Of a stretch of DNA of 64,000 bases, positions 20,360 through 29,459 are shown piece after piece; the stretch's first letter is position 1, and each line of letters begins with the position of its first letter. The notes under the pieces are model-generated. The model did not search any database, had not been told where the DNA came from, and worked only from the letters and a program-made list of their open reading frames with translations. The stretch is from Candidatus Latescibacterota bacterium (GTDB lineage: Bacteria > Latescibacterota > UBA2968 > GCA-2709665). A program made the translations under genes and the position numbers. The DNA is taken from contig OZ252100.1 in assembly GCA_965248435.1 (NCBI GenBank), positions 1,760,001-1,824,000 on the forward strand. Reading direction: 5' to 3'.

Positions 20360-21721
20360 ATGACACTTCGAATCCTAATATTATGTATGCCCGCGTTCTG
20401 CGTGAGCGCCTGTGGAACCTACGCCACTCACACTGGTGCCTTCCGTCGCAGTCTCGCGAACGAAGAATACGATCAGGCCGTTCAAAACTTGAGCAAATCT
20501 GGCCCTGATCGCCTGCTTTACCTCCTCGATCGCGGGCTCATTGCCCACTACCAGAGCCGTTACCGCCAATCCAACACCTTCTTTGAAGAGGCCGAGCGCC
20601 TCGCCGACCAGCTCTTTGCCCGCTCGGTAAGCCGTGAATTGACCTCACTCATCACCACTGATGCCGTGAAACACTATCGTGGAGAGGAATTCGAACTCGT
20701 CTTCATCCATTACTACAGAGCGCTCAACTACTGGTACCTGGGGTTTCCGGAAGATGCCCTCGTCGAGAGCCGAAAGGCGAATCTGAAATTGGCCTATCTC
20801 GCGTCCTCAGCGGACTCCGAGGCGAACTACAGGAACGACGCCTTCATACACTACATGACTGGACTCTTCTACGAGGCAACGGGTGAACTCAACGACGCTT
20901 ACGTTTCCTACGTAAACGCAGAAAAGGCATACGAGTTCTATGAGATGGCGTTCGAACTACCCCCGCCGAAGTCTCTCAAAAGCGACATTATCAAGGTAGA
21001 TCGGGCCCTTCACCGATCCGTGACCCCACACATCAGGTTTGCTTCGGCGACCCTCGATGACCTAGACACCACATCTAGAAACGGTGAGCTTGTCCTATTC
21101 TCGGAAATCGGCTTTGTCCCAAGAAAGGCAGAACGAGAAATCGATTTGCCATTATTCAGCAACGACATCGAATGGAAAGATAAACATCAAATCGAAAAAC
21201 TCTCAAGAAAAGTTGCGCGCCGATACCGAGCTCCCCATCCGCACTACCGGGAGGTTGAGTACTGGCTCCGAGTCGCCATCCCCACCTACATTGAACTCGA
21301 GCCCAGGACAAGATTCGTGAGACTCAGTGCCGCCGGTAGATCCGCTCAATCCGTTCCTGCTGAAGACCTTGCGGCCATCGCACGTCTTACGTTCAAAGAC
21401 AAACAACCGGCGATCCTCTCAAAGACGGTAGCACGCGGTCTCACCAAATATTTCGTCACCAGGGGGGCCAAAAGAAAGAACAAGCTTCTTGGGTTCTTCG
21501 CCAATCTCTTCGCGGCGGGCACAGAGGTGGCCGACACCCGAAGTTGGGTCTCATTACCTCACAACATACAGATCAGTCGCCTCGCGATCCCGCCTGGAGT
21601 TCACGATGTGAAGGTAGAAGCTCTGGACATCCACGGCAGCGTGATTACGGAAAGGATGTTCTCCGGGATTGAGGTCCAGCCTGGAGCCCGAACCTTTCTG
21701 AACTTCAGAACATTCAACTAA
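20360..21721 (+). CDS. Lipoprotein, COG3014-like (TPR-like N-terminal half)
   Basis: Lipobox VSAC; 'LLYLLDRG', 'YRGEEFE', 'ADTRSWVSLP'; usual neighbour of lpoB-like genes. Confidence 0.7.
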   Translation: MTLRILILCMPAFCVSACGTYATHTGAFRRSLANEEYDQAVQNLSKSGPDRLLYLLDRGLIAHYQSRYRQSNTFFEEAERLADQLFARSVSRELTSLITTDAVKHYRGEEFELVFIHYYRALNYWYLGFPEDALVESRKANLKLAYLASSADSEANYRNDAFIHYMTGLFYEATGELNDAYVSYVNAEKAYEFYEMAFELPPPKSLKSDIIKVDRALHRSVTPHIRFASATLDDLDTTSRNGELVLFSEIGFVPRKAEREIDLPLFSNDIEWKDKHQIEKLSRKVARRYRAPHPHYREVEYWLRVAIPTYIELEPRTRFVRLSAAGRSAQSVPAEDLAAIARLTFKDKQPAILSKTVARGLTKYFVTRGAKRKNKLLGFFANLFAAGTEVADTRSWVSLPHNIQISRLAIPPGVHDVKVEALDIHGSVITERMFSGIEVQPGARTFLNFRTFN

Positions 21722-21742
21722 TCGCAAGGATAGGAGGAAGAC

Positions 21743-22546
21743 ATGATTAAAAGAACAGCCGTTCAGACGGCCCTACTCTCGTTCTTGCTCCCGATCCCCT
21801 TTTCGTTCGCCGCCGACGTGCCTACACGGGGTTCGGTTGTCAACATCGTGGAATGGGATGGTGGGCAACTCCCTCCTGTCTACGAGCGGTCGAGTCAACT
21901 GCCGCTCACGATGGAGGATATCATTCAGCTCAGCAGGAGCGATTTCTCGCCGGGGGCAGTCGCCCGAATGATACAGGAGCGCCGATATGCGGGCGACGTC
22001 TCGGCGAATGGGCTCATCGAAATGAGAAGTGCAGGCGTCGCGCCGAACGTCTTGCAGGCCATCTCCCTTCACGCCCTCGCCCCAAACCTGCGACTCCATC
22101 TGAGCATCCAGGTGAGCTTCGAGGGCACCTCGTCGCAGGCTCGGAGGCGTTATCTCTACGTCCTGATCCCCGACGGTGAGATTGAGAGGGTCTTCACGGC
22201 AGACCTGGCCACACTCCTTACCGGACACTGGCAGCGAGATGTCCAGCTGGACCTTACTGACCCCGTGCTGCCCAAGCAGGTCCGGCAGCTCACGTTCTCG
22301 GGGAGCGTGCCCCTCAAGCGCTACGGCCAAAAGAGGATCCGAGTCCTCACGTCGTCAAAGCCCGATGTCTACAATTCGGGTGACATCCCGGATTCTGAAA
22401 AGGACGGCGTTCAGATACACCTGATCGATTATCCCAGCAGTTCTCTTCGACAGGATTGTCGGCTCTTCGTTCGCTTCAGACAGGATAGGGTAATTCCCTA
22501 CAAGTGGGAAATGGGTGGATCCTACGTAGAATGTGAGTGGAACTAG
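21743..22546 (+). CDS. Secreted hypothetical protein
   Basis: Signal peptide; RBS AGGAGG; helical motif 'LTMEDIIQLS...LIEMRSAGV'. Confidence 0.7.
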   Translation: MIKRTAVQTALLSFLLPIPFSFAADVPTRGSVVNIVEWDGGQLPPVYERSSQLPLTMEDIIQLSRSDFSPGAVARMIQERRYAGDVSANGLIEMRSAGVAPNVLQAISLHALAPNLRLHLSIQVSFEGTSSQARRRYLYVLIPDGEIERVFTADLATLLTGHWQRDVQLDLTDPVLPKQVRQLTFSGSVPLKRYGQKRIRVLTSSKPDVYNSGDIPDSEKDGVQIHLIDYPSSSLRQDCRLFVRFRQDRVIPYKWEMGGSYVECEWN

Positions 22547-22566
22547 ATCGAGAGGAGGAGATCAAA

Positions 22567-23157
22567 ATGAAAACTGCAATCAGCCTGTCCGCCCTTTTGT
22601 TCATCCTTGGATGCGCCGGTCCCCGGGCCTTTACAAAGGGCACCTATCAGGACCCTGAAGCCATCGCCCTTCTTGACGATCGCTTCAGCGAGAACGACAT
22701 GCAGCTCATCGCGAAGAAGATTGTCGGTTCCTTTGTTGCCTCGGGGCAGAAGATCGATACCGGTGAAGCACCCGTTATTATCGTCGGCAAAATGAGGAAC
22801 CGTACGACTGAACACATCGACATGAAAGCCCTGTCGAACAAGGTCCGGACAGCACTCCTGCAAAGCGGCCAATACCGATTCACGGACGTGGAAAACCGCC
22901 GAGGCATTGCAGAGGAGTACGACTACCAGCAGTCCGGATATGTCGATCCGAGCGAAGCGAAAGGGCCTGGAAGCCAGGTCAGTGCCGACTTCTTGCTCAC
23001 AGGCACGCTGACGTCCAACGTCCAGCAGGTTGGGAAGAACAAGCTGGTCTACTACAAGGCGACCTTCCACGTCACGGATCTCCTCACGTCAGAAATCGTC
23101 TGGACAGACGAGAAAGAGATCCGCAAATCTTACAAGAAACGGAGCATCGGAATCTAA
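22567..23157 (+). CDS. lpoB: Penicillin-binding protein activator LpoB-like lipoprotein
   Basis: Lipobox ILGC; 'NRTTEHID', 'ADFLLTG', 'EIVWTDEKEIRK'; RBS GGAGGAG. Confidence 0.72.
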   Translation: MKTAISLSALLFILGCAGPRAFTKGTYQDPEAIALLDDRFSENDMQLIAKKIVGSFVASGQKIDTGEAPVIIVGKMRNRTTEHIDMKALSNKVRTALLQSGQYRFTDVENRRGIAEEYDYQQSGYVDPSEAKGPGSQVSADFLLTGTLTSNVQQVGKNKLVYYKATFHVTDLLTSEIVWTDEKEIRKSYKKRSIGI

Positions 23158-23177
23158 CATTGGGAAGGAGGTTGCAC

Positions 23178-23708
23178 ATGAAACGCCTCTCAGTAATCTT
23201 TGTCCTGCTCCTGATCTTTGGGTCCGAAGTCCAGGCGCAGGAATCCGGGCGGACCGACGGTCCCGAGGGGAGTGAATTCAACAAAGGCGGGTATCCTTTC
23301 GGGGGTCCGCCGGGTCGATTCTACCTGGACTCTACATTCGGATCAGGCGTCTCATCGAGCCTGTCTGGTCTACTCTATGGATTGGATATCGGATTTGAAA
23401 AAGATGAGTGGCTGGGGATAGAGGGAAGTTATACCTATCTCTCGGATCGTAAGCTGTCCATCATCCATCTGGGTTCCAGACTCGCCTACCCGACGGAACC
23501 TTTCGTCTATTCCTTTACCACACACGCAGGCCTGTATACTTCGGGCGAAGGAGACAGCCATTTCGGTATCGCCCCAGGGGCGGAAATCGACGTGATTCTG
23601 AACGATCGGTTTCGAGTCGGGCTGAGCTACAAACACGATTTTATCTTCGAGAACAACACGACAACAGAACTGGACAGGGTCACCGCGGGGCTGCGTTTCT
23701 ACTTTTAG
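23178..23708 (+). CDS. Small outer-membrane beta-barrel protein
   Basis: Signal peptide, alternating beta-strands, C-terminal 'AGLRFYF'; RBS GGAGG. Confidence 0.7.
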   Translation: MKRLSVIFVLLLIFGSEVQAQESGRTDGPEGSEFNKGGYPFGGPPGRFYLDSTFGSGVSSSLSGLLYGLDIGFEKDEWLGIEGSYTYLSDRKLSIIHLGSRLAYPTEPFVYSFTTHAGLYTSGEGDSHFGIAPGAEIDVILNDRFRVGLSYKHDFIFENNTTTELDRVTAGLRFYF

Positions 23709-23714
23709 TAGCGA

Positions 23715-24308
23715 TTACCGATCGCCAAGACAGTCCACGAGGGCCTGGCTGATATCAAAAAGGATTCTATGGGGAGTATTGGAAACATCGATGCGTCTAA
23801 GCTTGTCCATCGTATAATGCGCCAGCGTCTTTTCGGTCTGGTGATCGTAAACCTTGAACCGGTTCTGAATAACTTCCTCGTTCGCATCGTCTACGCGATG
23901 ATCCAGCAGCGCCCGCCCGTAGAGTCGCTTGACCAGTATATCTCTATCGGAACTGTCTAGCGAGAGAATCAGGCGCACGTCCAGATCCTCCTCCACGGCC
24001 TCGGCCTGGGAGAGCGTGCGGGGCAGACCGTCCAGCACGAGTATGTGCTTATCCGGGTCAAACTTTCCCGAGGACATCAGATTCTGCATGTGCTTGTGCC
24101 AGAGTTGAATAGTATATTCATCCGGCACAAGCTCTCCTTTCCTGATACACGACAGCGCAAGTTCTCCCATCTCGCTGTGCGGAGAAAGGGACCGAAACAT
24201 ATCTCCGCTCGATACGTGGCAAAATCCTGGAATCCTCGCCAGGATGTCACCCCACGTACCTTTGCCCGAACCGGGCGGGCCAAAGATCAAAATCGTTCGA
24301 TAGTGCAT
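23715..24308 (-). CDS. adk: Adenylate kinase / nucleoside monophosphate kinase (short LID)
   Basis: GPPGSGKGT, SSGDMFR, GELVPD, LDGLPRT, RVDD. ATG at 24308 with GGAGG RBS. Confidence 0.85.
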   Translation of the reverse strand: MHYRTILIFGPPGSGKGTWGDILARIPGFCHVSSGDMFRSLSPHSEMGELALSCIRKGELVPDEYTIQLWHKHMQNLMSSGKFDPDKHILVLDGLPRTLSQAEAVEEDLDVRLILSLDSSDRDILVKRLYGRALLDHRVDDANEEVIQNRFKVYDHQTEKTLAHYTMDKLRRIDVSNTPHRILFDISQALVDCLGDR

Positions 24309-24436
24309 CAGGCCTGAATCCCTCCAGTCAAAAACTTGTTGATGAAACAAACGAATCGGCCCGAAAAAATCAAGCCCTTTCTGGGTCGATAAACAAACGA
24401 ACAACGCATCCACTTGGAAATCGCAATTGGAAAAGC

Positions 24437-24474
24437 AAAAAACCCCACGTGGATTCGAGTTCGCCACGCAGGGT
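24437..24474 (-). terminator. Intrinsic terminator downstream of fliM
   Basis: Minus strand: ACCCTGCGTGG-loop-CCACGTGGGGT followed by a T-tract. Confidence 0.75.
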
Positions 24475-24527
24475 AATCAAAGTATCCTTTTTGGTCGGAA
24501 GCTACATCTCGACTCCTCAGACCCGGT

Positions 24528-25577
24528 CTACATCTCCATTGTCTCCGTCCTCTCGACCTCCGTCATGTAGTTGGACTCGTCCGCCTTTACGATCTTTTCC
24601 GTAAGCTGAATCGCGCGACGTTTCCCCGAAAGGCCGAGCCGGCCCAAAAACTTCGGTCGAGCTCCCACAAAAACGATGGAATCTTGAGTAATCGGCGTAT
24701 CCAGTCTCAAGACGTCCCCTTCCCTGAGATTCCGAACCTCGCCAAGGCTGATCTCGGTGCGTCCCAGCAGAATTCGCACCGGTGCAAATACCCGGTCCAG
24801 CTGGAGCAGACGCTCCTCCTTCGTGCTTTCTCGCCTTCCCTTTTCCCGGCTCGCCCATGTCTGAACGTTCAGGTAGTTCATAACCGGTTCCAGGGTAAAA
24901 TAGGGATAGCAGAGATTGACGAGTCCCGACGCGTGCTGAGAGTTGACCTCGAATGCGATCAGGACGACCGTGTCCGATGGAGCTGCAACCTGCATGAACT
25001 CCGGGTTCGTCTCCAACTCGGCATCGGAGACCTGGATCTTGATCAGCGGCTCCCAGGTCGCCTCAAGATCTGCTAGCGTCCGAGTCACGACTTTCCCCAT
25101 CACGGTCCGTTCAATGCTCGTTAAGGGACGTGCCTCCGAAGGCGGATTGCCTCCAGTCCCACCGAACTGCCGATCGATAAACGAGTACGCCACCGGAAGT
25201 GAGAAGTCGATAATGGCCGGACCGCCCAGGGGTTCGATCGTAAACGTATAAGAGCACGAAGGGTTGGACAGTGACATGATGAATTCCGCGTAGGTCGTCT
25301 GGTCTACGAATGCGATATCGCAATCCACAACCGAGCGCTGCATCGTTGAGAAGGATGAGGCCATCATCCTGGCCAAGTTGGAGTGAAGGTTTTCAAGGGT
25401 GCGTTGCTGGTCCTTCGACACGCGGGCCGGATGCTTGAAATCGTACGTAATAATCGGTCGTGAAGAGGATGCACGCATCTCGCTCGGAGAGAGGCCACCC
25501 CCGCCCCCATCCCCCTCATCCGACCCTGTGGCGGTCAACAGCGCATCGATCTCATCTTGTGACAGGATATCTGGCAT
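24528..25577 (-). CDS. fliM: Flagellar motor switch protein FliM
   Basis: N-terminal CheY-binding 'LSQDEIDALL', 'YDFKHP', 'GGTG', 'ETNPEFMQV', C-terminal SpoA/FliN-like domain. Confidence 0.93.
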   Translation of the reverse strand: MPDILSQDEIDALLTATGSDEGDGGGGGLSPSEMRASSSRPIITYDFKHPARVSKDQQRTLENLHSNLARMMASSFSTMQRSVVDCDIAFVDQTTYAEFIMSLSNPSCSYTFTIEPLGGPAIIDFSLPVAYSFIDRQFGGTGGNPPSEARPLTSIERTVMGKVVTRTLADLEATWEPLIKIQVSDAELETNPEFMQVAAPSDTVVLIAFEVNSQHASGLVNLCYPYFTLEPVMNYLNVQTWASREKGRRESTKEERLLQLDRVFAPVRILLGRTEISLGEVRNLREGDVLRLDTPITQDSIVFVGARPKFLGRLGLSGKRRAIQLTEKIVKADESNYMTEVERTETMEM

Positions 25578-25696
25578 CGATCAAACCCTCATCGTGCGAA
25601 TAAATCCGAAATCTCATACTCCATAAAATTAGGTCTCTCGAAAGCGTCTGTCAAGACCGGGTCTACCCGGTTTCCAAGAAAATCCGTTATATATTA

Positions 25697-25712
25697 AGCA
25701 AGTTTTGTGCCA
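25697..25712 (-). promoter_or_regulatory. Sigma-54 promoter for fliM
   Basis: Minus strand TGGCAC-AAAAC-TTGCT, about 120 bp upstream of the fliM ATG. Confidence 0.8.
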
Positions 25713-25830
25713 TCATAACCGATCGGCTCTTTTCACTTGTGCGAGTTTAGTCAGAATGGCATTGCGATGACCCTCCTGGCGTCCTATCTTCATTCGGCCG
25801 CTTTGCCGAACGAACGAGACGGAGGGACTA

Positions 25831-27066
25831 ATGGTCATCCGGGATCCAATCCACGGCGATCTTTTCTTTACCGAGGCGGAGCGTCGCCTGATGGACACCC
25901 CTCAAATGCAGCGCCTTCGGGGCATCCGTCAAACGGGAACGGCCCACTTTGTCTACCCTGGATGCGTCCACACCCGGTTCGAGCACTCGCTCGGTACGAC
26001 CGCGATGGCGAGGCGGATCCTTGGCTCCATCAAGCAGAACGGGTGGGAAATCTCCTCCGACCAGGAAGCCGTTGTTGCCCTGGCGGCGCTCGTCCACGAC
26101 GTCTCACACCTCCCTTTCGGCCATACCTTCGAAGACGAGCGCAGGCTCTTCCCCCGTCACGATTCAGTAGAGCGCCTGACCGCCTTCCTCTCGCAGAAAG
26201 AACTGGGGTGTGCGATAGAGGCGTCCGGCTTCCGAGAAGATCTGATTGGCCTCCTGACCGACCCCGCGTTCGATCCACCCTGGATGCGGCAGATCGTTTC
26301 CAGCACGGTCGACGCCGACCTGCTGGACTACCTCAGACGAGATGCCTATTTTGCAGGTCTAAAGCAGGACTACGACGATCGGATCCTCAGTCACTTTACT
26401 GTTGAGGACGAAAACCTGACCATCGACGCCAGAAAGCTCAGTACCCGTACCGAGCTCCTCCACCTCCTCCGCCTCCGCTATTTCCTGACCGAGCGCGTCT
26501 ACACCCATCACGCCAAACTGATCTCCGGAGCGATGATTGCCAAGGCCGTTGAATTAAGCGTAATGCAGGGCCTGACTGAGGCGGCCCTTTATGAGCTGAC
26601 CGATGATTGTCTTCTGAAGAGTTTGTCGGAAAATGATGATCACCGCATAAGCTCGCTAGCAACCGGTGTCGTGCAGCGAAAACTCCTCAAGAGAGCTTAC
26701 GTCCTCTCAGAATCAGAGATCGGCCGCACGGGTCGAGACGAAATGATCGGGACCTACCACCGATCTGCAGAAGCAAGGGCACGTAAAGAGAAGGAGATTG
26801 CAGACGCAGCAGCCCTCGAGTCCCACGAAGTCATTCTCTATTGTCCAGATGTTTCGTTCATCAAAGAGGCCAGAGTTTTTGTCAGAACCAGGGACGGACT
26901 TCGTCGCCTTAACGAGCCGACCGACAGCCCGCCCTTCGACGTAAAAGCCCTAGAGGATCAGTATGAGAGGCTCTGGAGATTCTATGTCTTTGCTCCGGAA
27001 GGCCATCAAAACCGTGTGGTCAACGTTTGCGAGAAGAGCATCGGAGAGCGGAATGCACGCTTCTGA
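25831..27066 (+). CDS. HD-domain phosphohydrolase (SAMHD1/dNTP triphosphohydrolase-like)
   Basis: IRDPIHG, RLRGIRQ, HTRFEHSLG, LVHDVSH, DADLLDYLRRD. Confidence 0.88.
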   Translation: MVIRDPIHGDLFFTEAERRLMDTPQMQRLRGIRQTGTAHFVYPGCVHTRFEHSLGTTAMARRILGSIKQNGWEISSDQEAVVALAALVHDVSHLPFGHTFEDERRLFPRHDSVERLTAFLSQKELGCAIEASGFREDLIGLLTDPAFDPPWMRQIVSSTVDADLLDYLRRDAYFAGLKQDYDDRILSHFTVEDENLTIDARKLSTRTELLHLLRLRYFLTERVYTHHAKLISGAMIAKAVELSVMQGLTEAALYELTDDCLLKSLSENDDHRISSLATGVVQRKLLKRAYVLSESEIGRTGRDEMIGTYHRSAEARARKEKEIADAAALESHEVILYCPDVSFIKEARVFVRTRDGLRRLNEPTDSPPFDVKALEDQYERLWRFYVFAPEGHQNRVVNVCEKSIGERNARF

Positions 27067-27076
27067 CCCCTCAAAG

Positions 27077-29458
27077 TTAACGACGAAGTGCCATCGCTCG
27101 GCGGTGCGCCCTCCTGGCAAATTCGTCGTCCTCCGGCCAAAGGTTTTCGAACGTTCGATATGCCCTCAACGCACCCTCCCTGTCACCATCTTCCTCGAGT
27201 AGACCCGCGAGCGTGAAATAGGCCTGGGCGAAACTGGAATCCATTCGAATCGCCTTGCGGCAGGAGGCGTGGGCTGCTGGTCGGTTTCCCATACGACGGT
27301 GGATGATCGCAAGGTTGTTGTAGACCTGTGGCGACGATCCTCCCAGCGACTCCAGCCTCCGATACGCCGCTTCCGCGCCACTCAAGTTTCCTTCTGACGC
27401 ATACGCATCCCCGAGGATGGGATAGACCTGCTTCAACCGTTTCTGGGCCCGGCGTATGTAGGCCGGATGGCCCTTCCAGACCTCGAGAAAGGACTCGTAG
27501 GCATCCGCCGAAGACGGGTAGTCCTCCATATATATGTAGAGTCCTCCCAAGCTGTAATACACCTCAAACATCTTCGGGTCGAGCTGCAGCGCCTTTTGGT
27601 AGCCCTTGAGGGCCTGGTCTAATGCCCCTCGTTCCGCATAGATCAGTCCCATATTGTGGTGTGCCGCAGCACTCCACGCACTCCGATCTTCATAGATCTT
27701 CAGGGCGCGATCGATCTCACCCGTTTCTTTGAATACCGCCGCCAGGTTGTTCAGGAGGGTCCCATCCTCGGGGAAAATTTCTAGTCCCTTCAGGTAGCTC
27801 CTTTCAGCAGCTTGATAATCCCCCAATGCGGCCTCTGTACGTCCCAGGTTGTTGTAAACAGCCGGCAAATAAGGTTGGAGCGCGCGGTAGGCTTCGTAGA
27901 CGGATCGCGCGCCCTCGTTATCCCCTTGTGCCGACTTCGCCTCGCCAAGAAGCAGATAGACCCTGTGATCAAAACGACCCGCTTCCATTGCTCGCAATGC
28001 CTCTGCTTCCTGTTGCGCGCTTTCGCCGTTGTGCTGCGCCTCGAATGCCCGGGTCAGGTGCCGTTCGAACCCGACCATCTTCACGCACAGGAAGATCCCC
28101 ACCAGGACCGCGACCGCACCCACAGCGGCCGATGTCCGGACCCACATTCCCGAGGCACTGCGCGCGTAATCATAACTTCTCATCGGACGTCCCGCCAGAC
28201 CCAGGGCGACCCAAAACACGAACGATGGCCCGACCTCTGAACGCGGAAAGCTGAAGAAAGAATGGCACAGGAGCGAGAGCAGACCCGCCATCATGAACAG
28301 CGCAAGGATACGATCTTCTTCCTCACCCCTGTTCAGCTTTTGAAATACCTGCACCCCTACTGCCCACAACAGCCAGATGAATAGGGCGAGACCAGGCGTT
28401 CCCAACTCCGACCAGATCCAGAGAAAATCGTTGTGGGGCCTACGCGGCGCCGAACCCAGGACCAGGACGTCCCCTTGATCGTAGACCGGATAGTAAACAG
28501 ACCAGTTCTGCAACCCGACACCCGTAAGAAGGTTTTCCTGAATCATCTCAAGCGTATGCCACCAAATGTTTAGCCTGCCTCGATCCGCCCCCGGTTTTGC
28601 GAGCGAAGACACCGTGCTTCCGATCCCCACCTTCTTTTCGTCAAGACGGTGCAAGCTCAAGTCTGTGTAGCGGGCAGGTGTGAGACTTACCAGGACGACC
28701 AGACACAACAACACGAAGGCGGCCGTGAATTTCTGTCGAGTCAAACGCCGCCAAAGCAGAGACAGGATTGAACCACCCTCTCTCTTTCCACAAAACCAGG
28801 CCAACGCAAGCCCGGTACAGGCGGCCGTAGATATTCCTAGCCATGCACCGCGCGAACGCGTGAGGACCAAAAATGCTGACATGCAAGCGATCGCCCCGAC
28901 ACCGAGCAACCAGTCTCGTTTTTTGTCTCTCAAAAACAAAGAGGCCGAAAGGGGTATGTTCACGGCCAGGTACATCGCAGCGACGTTTCGAAAACCAAAC
29001 GTCGCGCTTGGACGCCCGGCAGAAGGGTACAAAGCCCACCCAACTCCAAAATGCTCCAGGATGCCAATCACAGATACGCATAGTCCCCCAATCGCACTAA
29101 AGCGGAGCAGACTGAGGGTCTGGGTCGGGGGCACCAAAGCGGCCGCCCCCAAAGCGACAATTCCATATCCTACGTGTGTACTGAGCGTGATGAGCGCTTC
29201 AGAGGGATTAATACCTCGAACGGACTGCAGAGATGTCAGAAATAGGTAAGCCAGCAGGGGTAGGACGAAGGGGGTGTTCCGAGGTAGGTAAAAGCGACGT
29301 GCCGTAAAACAGGAGAGGGCAAGGCCGAAACAGATAACCTGGAGTAGAATCAACCTTGGGGTATCAACAGAGAGGCCCGGCACATACAGGACGGGCATAA
29401 CAACCAGGCCCACTCGAACAATCCAGGCACCCGCTTGGGAACCGGACCAGCGTTTCAC
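27077..29458 (-). CDS. O-antigen ligase (Wzy_C)-family membrane protein fused to TPR domain (paralog 1)
   Basis: PSATFGFRN, TRSRGAW, DRGRL, GVGLQNW, RPHNDFL, FSFPR; C-terminal TPRs. Confidence 0.85.
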   Translation of the reverse strand: MKRWSGSQAGAWIVRVGLVVMPVLYVPGLSVDTPRLILLQVICFGLALSCFTARRFYLPRNTPFVLPLLAYLFLTSLQSVRGINPSEALITLSTHVGYGIVALGAAALVPPTQTLSLLRFSAIGGLCVSVIGILEHFGVGWALYPSAGRPSATFGFRNVAAMYLAVNIPLSASLFLRDKKRDWLLGVGAIACMSAFLVLTRSRGAWLGISTAACTGLALAWFCGKREGGSILSLLWRRLTRQKFTAAFVLLCLVVLVSLTPARYTDLSLHRLDEKKVGIGSTVSSLAKPGADRGRLNIWWHTLEMIQENLLTGVGLQNWSVYYPVYDQGDVLVLGSAPRRPHNDFLWIWSELGTPGLALFIWLLWAVGVQVFQKLNRGEEEDRILALFMMAGLLSLLCHSFFSFPRSEVGPSFVFWVALGLAGRPMRSYDYARSASGMWVRTSAAVGAVAVLVGIFLCVKMVGFERHLTRAFEAQHNGESAQQEAEALRAMEAGRFDHRVYLLLGEAKSAQGDNEGARSVYEAYRALQPYLPAVYNNLGRTEAALGDYQAAERSYLKGLEIFPEDGTLLNNLAAVFKETGEIDRALKIYEDRSAWSAAAHHNMGLIYAERGALDQALKGYQKALQLDPKMFEVYYSLGGLYIYMEDYPSSADAYESFLEVWKGHPAYIRRAQKRLKQVYPILGDAYASEGNLSGAEAAYRRLESLGGSSPQVYNNLAIIHRRMGNRPAAHASCRKAIRMDSSFAQAYFTLAGLLEEDGDREGALRAYRTFENLWPEDDEFARRAHRRAMALRR

Positions 29459-29459
29459 G

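Noticed and set aside
25737-26405. 222-aa alternative-frame ORF, and many similar overlapping short ORFs
   Set aside because: Overlaps a well-supported gene; Arg/Pro-rich off-frame composition typical of GC-rich DNA.
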